From: Laetmonice hystrix
Lineage: Eukaryota
Length of the DNA: 64,000 bases
Direction of reading: 5' to 3'
Assembly: GCA_965235115.1 (NCBI GenBank)
Contig: OZ249436.1
Span: 32,366,001-32,430,000, forward strand
Both the position numbers and the translations under genes were made by a program. The notes under the pieces are model-generated. The model saw only the letters and a program-made list of their open reading frames with translations, did no database searches and was not told the origin of the DNA. Shown here one piece after another: positions 59,701 to 64,000 of the stretch (positions are counted from its first letter, which is position 1; each line of letters begins with the position of its first letter).

Positions 59701-62261
59701 GTGTTTTTGGGTGTTTGCAATCACTTGGTGTTTCCAGGTGTTTAACTGTAATGGGGTTTCAGGTGTTTTACTGTAATCATGTCGTGTTTCGGTGTGTTTA
59801 TCTGTACCAGATAATCACATGATGGTTTTACTGTAATCTTGTGGTGTTGTTGAAGATTACATACTTGAACCTTGTGGTGTTTCAGGGCATTCAATTGTAA
59901 CCACGTTGTGAAGCTGCTGGGCGTTGTGTCGCAGGGCCAGCCTACCATGGTCGTTATGGAGATCATGAGTAATGGAGATCTTAAAAACTTCCTCAGGGTC
60001 CACCGACCCGACCAGGACGTAAGTTACTCAGGTCTCCTCATCACACAAAGCCCTGCACTCATTCTGCAATTAGAAAGGTTTTCTTTCAAGCAAACACAGC
60101 TTACTAACTAATTAATTTGGCCATATTAATAAATTATACATAGGACTGAACGATTAAAAGTGACCTTAGAAATACCTTTGAAATCATGAACACGTTGTCT
60201 TGCAGGACAACAATGGCCGAAAACCCCCAACATTAACGGAGGTTCTGCAGATGGCAGCCGAGATTGCAGATGGCATGGCATATTTAGCGGGGAAAAAGTT
60301 TGTTCACCGAGATCTTGCTGCGAGGAACTGCATGGTGTCAGAGGACGTGGTAGTGAAGATTGGCGGCAAGTTTTTACCTGAGTCACATAACATCGATAAT
60401 AAGTCAATGCCTTCCTTTTCCAACCTACCTTTATCTTATGAGGATGCCAACTCTATGTCTGTTATCTTTGCAGATTTTGGTATGACGCGTGATATTTATG
60501 AGACGGATTACTACCGAAAGGGTGGCCGTGGGTTGCTGCCAGTCCGTTGGATGGCTCCAGAATCCCTAAAGGACGGTATCTTCACCAGCCAATCAGATGT
60601 CTGGTAGGTTGAGTGTAGTTAAGGCCGTAATTAGCATATTGACTGAAAACTAATCTTCTCATTTCCCTTTGTAACATCAGAGTAACCAGTGTACAAAACT
60701 GTTAATTTCGACCGGCCGATACATGAAGAAGTGACGTTACAGGATCTTTAAGGTCAGACAGAGTGTTTGCAAGTGAGGTTAAAATCCATTTTATTGCAAG
60801 GTATCTGTTGATGTTGCAGGGGGTTTGGGGTTGTTCTGTGGGAGATAGCCACCCTGGCAGCACAGCCTTACCTTGGCCAGACAAACGAGGAGGTACTCAA
60901 TTACGTCATTGATGGACGGATCATGAAGCAACCCGAGGGCTGCCCAGAATGCCTGTAAGTGTTACGGATATTGGGGTCATTGCACAAGATTGACGATGGC
61001 TGTCACCATCCAATGGCCGCCGCCGTACTCTGGCTAGGCCATCGCCATGTAGAGTTTTTTATGACGGCGATATCACGCAGCGGTGACACTCGTCGACACC
61101 CATCGAAAGAGAGAGGTGTGTGTGTAGGGGGATTTGCCCCTCCCAGAAGAGGCTGACGTGTTTTGGCAATCCTCATCGCCCTTCGGCGATATGTGTCGCC
61201 GTCCCATGATTGATGTCGCCATCCCGCCAGGTTGGCTGATGCTCTCGCGCTACGGCGAGGCATGTACTTGTGCAATGCACACTATTGCGGCCCATCTTCC
61301 CGTTCTGCGACCGTCGCGGAACCGCAGTTTGGCTGCGACAGCCGTCGCCAATCTTGTGCAACAGGCCCAAAGTCATGCTAGGTTGGCTTATGGTTTCAAA
61401 GGGAAGTTCACTTTGAGGTTTTAGCATGTCAGGTGTTTGTGTCTTCTTTGTAAGGCAGTGCTGACTTCAATTTCTAGTGGCAGCGTAATTTAAGTGGCAT
61501 CCAGTGATCTTTATATTCTAATTACCGGTACATAACTGAATGAAATATGCCGTACCACAGACTTCCCTATATCGGAACAGTATACAGCTTTCTGTGAATA
61601 AGTATCCATCAGTTTCAGCCTCTACTTTCCATCTACTTTCAGGTATGATTTGATGAATTTATGCTGGAACCAGAACCCCAAGGATCGGCCAACTTTTATT
61701 AGCATCATCGAGCACCTGGAGCCCAACTTAGACGACAATTTCCGCGAGGTGTCGTACTACCACAGCAAGGACCGGCTGGACCGGGAGAGAGAGATAGAGG
61801 AGAACGCTGCCATGGCGGCGGCTGCAGCCAATGCCATCAGTGTCGAGGAGTACATTGCTGCTGGCGAGCAAATGGAAAAGATTCACACCCCGATCACGGG
61901 CTCTCCATGCTACAGCCTGGAGGACCTGGAGGTTGAGTCGGACTTTGGGGGTGCTATGTCGAGACATTCTGAGGACTCGTTGGCCGCATCGAGCCACTGC
62001 TCTCATCGGCAGTCATGTGACTGCGTCGACATCAAGGAGAAGGAGACCTTTCGGTCACCAAAGCGGTCTCCCCCAGTGAGTGGGGCAGTCGGGGGAGCCC
62101 AGCCACCGGCCGAGGTTTGCCGGGACTATATTGAAACAAACTATATGCCCTCTTCAAACGAAGGCAGTGGTAGTGGTAGTTCACGGTTACACTTGAATGG
62201 TTTGGTCAATGGCCACGTGCCGAATACATACCTCTCACAGCAGCGCTTCGCGGAGTGCTAG
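20481..62261 (+). CDS. InR: Insulin/IGF receptor tyrosine kinase gene (23 coding exons, exon 6 duplicated)
   Basis: Exons join with consistent phases into signal peptide-L1-CR-L2-FnIII-1/2/3-TM-kinase-tail. Contains alphaCT ([11 protein letters not shown]), furin site [29 protein letters not shown] and [13 protein letters not shown] from 20637 with exon 6a totals 4467 nt (divisible by 3). Confidence 0.97.
21413..21865. repeat. 38-bp minisatellite in InR intron 1
   Basis: About 12 copies of ACAACCTTGCCTGATCCCTTTCCCATTCCCATCACACA. Confidence 0.95.
22633..22871. mobile_element. MITE with 5-bp TSD (copy 1)
   Basis: CAGGGTTTCCGCCAGA ... TCTGGCGGATGCCCTG, TSD ACCTT; near-identical to 35684-35930. 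Confidence 0.85.
25487..26141. mobile_element. TIR element with 6-bp TSD and a nested MITE (~25624-25780)
   Basis: CAGGGATTTAGC ... GCTTAATCCCTG flanked by TAGAAT. Internal AGGGCCCGATTTCT ... AGAAACCGGGCCCT. Confidence 0.65.
26541..27116 (+). CDS. InR: InR exon 2 (L1 domain, start of Cys-rich region)
   Basis: [11 protein letters not shown]...[11 protein letters not shown]...[13 protein letters not shown]...FPNLSVIRG...[12 protein letters not shown]; boundaries CAG| and |GTAAG. Confidence 0.97.
30675..31444. mobile_element. Tc1/mariner-pogo-like MITE
   Basis: TA|CAGTAGAACCTCAC..ACGACCACCTC ... GAGGTGGTCGTTAGGTGAGGTTCTACTG|TA. Confidence 0.85.
32186..32357. mobile_element. Harbinger-like MITE
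   Basis: GGGTCCGTTCCACTAA ... TTAGTGGAACGGACCC. Confidence 0.7.
32446..32652. mobile_element. Palindromic Harbinger-like MITE
   Basis: AAAGCCTGGGATACACGGGGCAA ... TTGCCCCGTGTATCCCGGGCTTT. Confidence 0.75.
32663..33729. mobile_element. Tandem dimer of a ~0.5-kb Harbinger-like MITE
   Basis: AAAGGCCCGGCCACACAGAGCCGAC ... GTCGGCTCTGTGTGGCCGGGCCTTT. The interior is duplicated (e.g. 32780-33230 vs 33280-33725). Confidence 0.85.
34448..34980. mobile_element. TTAA-flanked MITE (Kolobok-like)
   Basis: TTAA|AGGAAATATGTCA ... TGACATATTACCT|TTAA. Confidence 0.6.
35684..35930. mobile_element. MITE with 5-bp TSD (copy 2)
   Basis: CAGGGTTTCCGCCAGA ... TCTGGCGGAGGCCCTG, TSD ATGTA; inserted in a degenerate TTTTCACATTT repeat field. 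Confidence 0.85.
37419..38306. mobile_element. TTAA-flanked MITE with ~130-bp TIRs
   Basis: TTAA|GAG..TTTTTTTAAGATTCAGGCAG..GGGTGATATATGACCCCCTCAGATTTGCCTGAAA ... TTTCAGGCAAATCTGAGGGGGTCATATATCACCC..CTGCCTGAATCTTAAAAAAATCGACTC|TTAA. Confidence 0.8.
38900..39075 (+). CDS. InR: InR exon 3 (Cys-rich)
   Basis: [11 protein letters not shown]...[23 protein letters not shown]...C; phases 1/0 fit the neighbouring exons. Confidence 0.95.
39225..40035. repeat. 23/20-bp minisatellite in intron 3
   Basis: Many copies of GACACCTATGACCAGGAGATTAA, with 20-bp variants. Confidence 0.95.
41979..42437. mobile_element. TTAA-flanked MITE with long TIRs
   Basis: TTAA|AGGGAGGGA..CACGGCAAATAA..GAAACACCAGCATTTACC ... 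GGTAAATGCTGGTGTTTC..TTATTTGCCGTG..TCCCTCCCT|TTAA. Confidence 0.85.
43175..43346 (+). CDS. InR: InR exon 4 (Cys-rich)
   Basis: FMNRRCI...CIRDCPSGY...[10 protein letters not shown]. Confidence 0.95.
43706..43804 (+). CDS. InR: InR exon 5 (start of L2)
   Basis: [33 protein letters not shown]; donor A|GTGAGT, phase 1. Confidence 0.95.
47671..47818 (+). CDS. InR: InR exon 6a (L2; alternative)
   Basis: 148 nt, TTTGCAG| ... AG|GTAGGT, phase 1 to 2. Encodes [50 protein letters not shown]. Confidence 0.95.
48163..48307 (+). CDS. InR: InR exon 6b (L2; alternative, tandem duplicate of 6a)
   Basis: 145 nt, CTTTCTTCTCACACAG| ... AG|GTGGGC, phase 1 to 2, no stops. Encodes [49 protein letters not shown]. 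Confidence 0.85.
48811..49320. repeat. 170-bp tandem repeat x3
   Basis: Units beginning T(A/G)GAACCCACCAGCAGTCAAAAG start at 48811, 48981 and 49151. Confidence 0.95.
53855..54063 (+). CDS. InR: InR exon 7 (L2)
   Basis: [16 protein letters not shown]...[10 protein letters not shown]...NNGDQVAC; the phase-2 acceptor fits either 6a or 6b. Confidence 0.96.
54517..54643 (+). CDS. InR: InR exon 8 (FnIII-1)
   Basis: [10 protein letters not shown]...[16 protein letters not shown]; 127 nt. Confidence 0.93.
54896..54949 (+). CDS. InR: InR exon 9 (FnIII-1, dimer Cys)
   Basis: [17 protein letters not shown]; 54 nt; phases fit. Confidence 0.9.
55158..55336 (+). CDS. InR: InR exon 10 (FnIII-1)
   Basis: WQTLDV...[16 protein letters not shown]...[13 protein letters not shown]. 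Confidence 0.94.
55501..55671 (+). CDS. InR: InR exon 11 (FnIII-2a)
   Basis: PTHPRDI...[14 protein letters not shown]...RNYCKD. Confidence 0.95.
55919..56102 (+). CDS. InR: InR exon 12 (insert domain, alphaCT)
   Basis: ECCKCPK...[15 protein letters not shown]. Confidence 0.93.
56756..57062 (+). CDS. InR: InR exon 13 (furin site, FnIII-2b)
   Basis: ...TRRIRRSV...[13 protein letters not shown]. Confidence 0.93.
57275..57371 (+). CDS. InR: InR exon 14
   Basis: VIACHEP...[15 protein letters not shown]; donor T|GTTGGT. Confidence 0.9.
57704..57849 (+). CDS. InR: InR exon 15 (FnIII-3)
   Basis: ...[22 protein letters not shown]. Confidence 0.94.
58205..58370 (+). CDS. InR: InR exon 16 (FnIII-3)
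   Basis: VQKLVRCIP...[22 protein letters not shown] (frame not listed in the ORF track). Confidence 0.93.
58588..58767 (+). CDS. InR: InR exon 17 (transmembrane, juxtamembrane NPQY)
   Basis: [28 protein letters not shown]...SVNPQYF. Confidence 0.94.
59128..59335 (+). CDS. InR: InR exon 18 (kinase N-lobe)
   Basis: YIPDEWEV...LGKGSFGMV...VAVKTVNE...[10 protein letters not shown]. Confidence 0.97.
59386..59495. mobile_element. Small palindromic MITE in intron 18
   Basis: GGGGGGTGTTTCAATAAG ... CTTATTGAAACACCCCCC. Confidence 0.75.
59886..60018 (+). CDS. InR: InR exon 19 (kinase)
   Basis: [19 protein letters not shown]...GDLKNFLR. Confidence 0.96.
60206..60365 (+). CDS. InR: InR exon 20 (catalytic loop; GC donor)
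   Basis: [27 protein letters not shown]...VKIG; donor G|GCAAGT. Confidence 0.93.
60474..60603 (+). CDS. InR: InR exon 21 (activation loop)
   Basis: [44 protein letters not shown]. Confidence 0.97.
60820..60954 (+). CDS. InR: InR exon 22 (kinase C-lobe)
   Basis: [26 protein letters not shown]...PEGCPECL. Confidence 0.95.
60971..61370. mobile_element. MITE in intron 22
   Basis: TTGGGGTCATTGCACAAGATTGACGATGGCTGTC ... GACAGCCGTCGCCAATCTTGTGCAACAGGCCCAA. Confidence 0.75.
61643..62261 (+). CDS. InR: InR exon 23 (kinase end, C-terminal tail)
   Basis: [18 protein letters not shown]...VSYYHS...QRFAEC*. Confidence 0.95.
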
Positions 62262-64000
62262 CAGCGGCTGCCCCCATCCTGTTCAGCCATTTGTGACCCA
62301 TTGATGCCAAAAGTAACATTGTCATGGAATCCTACAAGGCAAGCAGTGAGGCCTGCACGTGCCGGGCAAGGGGGCGCAGAGAGCAACGAAACCTGCACGT
62401 AGCAGGCAAGGGGGCACCGTGAGCAATGAGTTTGCTCTTATTGGGCATGGGGGCGCACTGAGCAATGGAGTCTTTACGTGAGGGGAAGGGAGGATACAAA
62501 AGGGATGAGAGGAACTCCCATGCTTTGAGCTCCAAGCAGCCTCACCTATCATGAACAAGCCAGCAGGATCTCCGTACCATAGTTTAGCCCCACACCTACC
62601 AGGCTGGCACTTCTGTCGTGCTTATTATTACAATCGTCATTATTTATCGTGATGTATATTATTGCTATTATTCAAGTGAAATGATTCCAAGATCATATTT
62701 CGAAGCTGCATTGGAATGTTGTAATAGAAGAATTGAAGGCAGAGAAGACCGTGGGGACTTGTGACCATTCGGGCCGCCACACCTCCAGGGCCACACCATC
62801 TGTAAGGGCTTCTGCTAAGTTGCCTTAATAACCTTACAGGTGTTCCGTCAACTCATCGACTCTGGGGAGGTGTTGTAATTGTTATTAGCACCACGACAAA
62901 AATAATCGAAAATCGTACATTGGAGGCAGCTTTTATTTCTTCGTGTTGATTAAAAAAAGGTTTAAACATGAATTTCTCAAATGAATTTTAACCTCAGTTT
63001 GGGGTGGGGTGGGGTGGGGATGGGCTGGGGGGTAATTGGGAGGGGTTACACGTACTAGTGATTCATGGTATGGGTGTAAGTTTGCTAAGGTTGAGAGGTT
63101 AATATAGAGCCTGGCATGGCGGCCTCCATGGTCCAGGAGGGGATATTACAAAATAAGGATGCACATACAATGCATGTAGGTTGACTTGGCTGGCCGTGAA
63201 GGTGAGGTCAGTGTTATTTATATGAAACCTAAAGGCGCAAAGCCAGGAGGAAAGTGCTAAATTCAAAAGATGCATCTCGGCAGAAGTTTGGCACTACCGC
63301 TACAGTTAGTAGCATTAGCTGTCGTTCCTTGAGATTATGTGCAGTTGTTGTCCAACTTGTAATCTTCTTAACTATTAACGAAGAGGTGATACTTTTTTTT
63401 TGCTATACGAAATCAAAATGGAACAGTTAGAAGGTTTGTAATTGATCGTGTAAGAATGCTTGTGTGACCTGTGGTGTCGTGTCGTTCCCCATGCTGTAGT
63501 CTCAGGCAGTGTTTGTCGTGTCGTGGGGCTCCAGTGGCCGGATTCTTGACGCCAGTCAACATTGACCACACACAAGGTTTTCACACCAAACGTAACAAGT
63601 GCCACTCTGTTCTAATCAAACGGCGGCTGCTGTGTTGTGGGGAGCACAGGTATGTCCTGAAAAGTCGGTACTTTTAGAAGTGTATACACTTACACGGTCG
63701 TTCGTGCGAGTCCTTTCTCCAACGTAGATTTTTAACTTAGTCTGTAGATGACTGTAAAATTGTAGTTTGAATATCAGGGGGGAAAGGACGGGGTCATTTT
63801 GGGGATTTGGATTCTTACGACATATTTTCCTTTCATGATGGATAAGGGACCAGACTTTTAATGCCTCTTTGGCATTGCACAGTCCAATTATATTTTACAT
63901 GGATTTAAGAAAAAGTTTCATGCTGTGTGTGTATTTGGAGATTACTGTGTATTTAAGATTGTACTTATAATGGTAACGATGACGAGGATGATGACTAGAT

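Noticed and set aside
60820..60830. SDVWGFG instead of the usual SDVWSFG
   Set aside because: A single small-residue substitution with all catalytic motifs intact; not evidence of a pseudokinase.

Overview
Eukaryotic (animal, probably marine invertebrate; taxon not determinable by eye) genomic DNA with two + strand genes. (1) A CISH/SOCS2-type SOCS gene (1222-2793) with a GC-box/CArG/STAT promoter cluster. (2) A complete insulin/IGF receptor gene (InR; ~20.5-62.3 kb). I spliced it by hand into 23 coding exons with consistent intron phases: 4467 nt, 1488 aa from ATG 20637 using exon 6a. The intergenic region and introns 1-3 are full of MITEs, a 3.7-kb foldback element and satellites. Main discovery candidate: the first half of the receptor L2 domain is encoded by two tandem, diverged (~46% identical), same-phase exons, 6a (47671-47818) and 6b (48163-48307), which must be mutually exclusive. 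The 344-nt intron between them shows colinear antiparallel complementarity to a GC-rich island downstream (49790-50090) and, more weakly, to one upstream (46290-46475). This suggests a bidirectional competing RNA-pairing switch that selects between two receptor ectodomains. A GC-AG intron just before the kinase DFG motif is 108 nt and stop-free, so its retention could give a kinase-impaired isoform. All splicing and RNA-structure calls were made by eye and need RNA-seq or folding confirmation.
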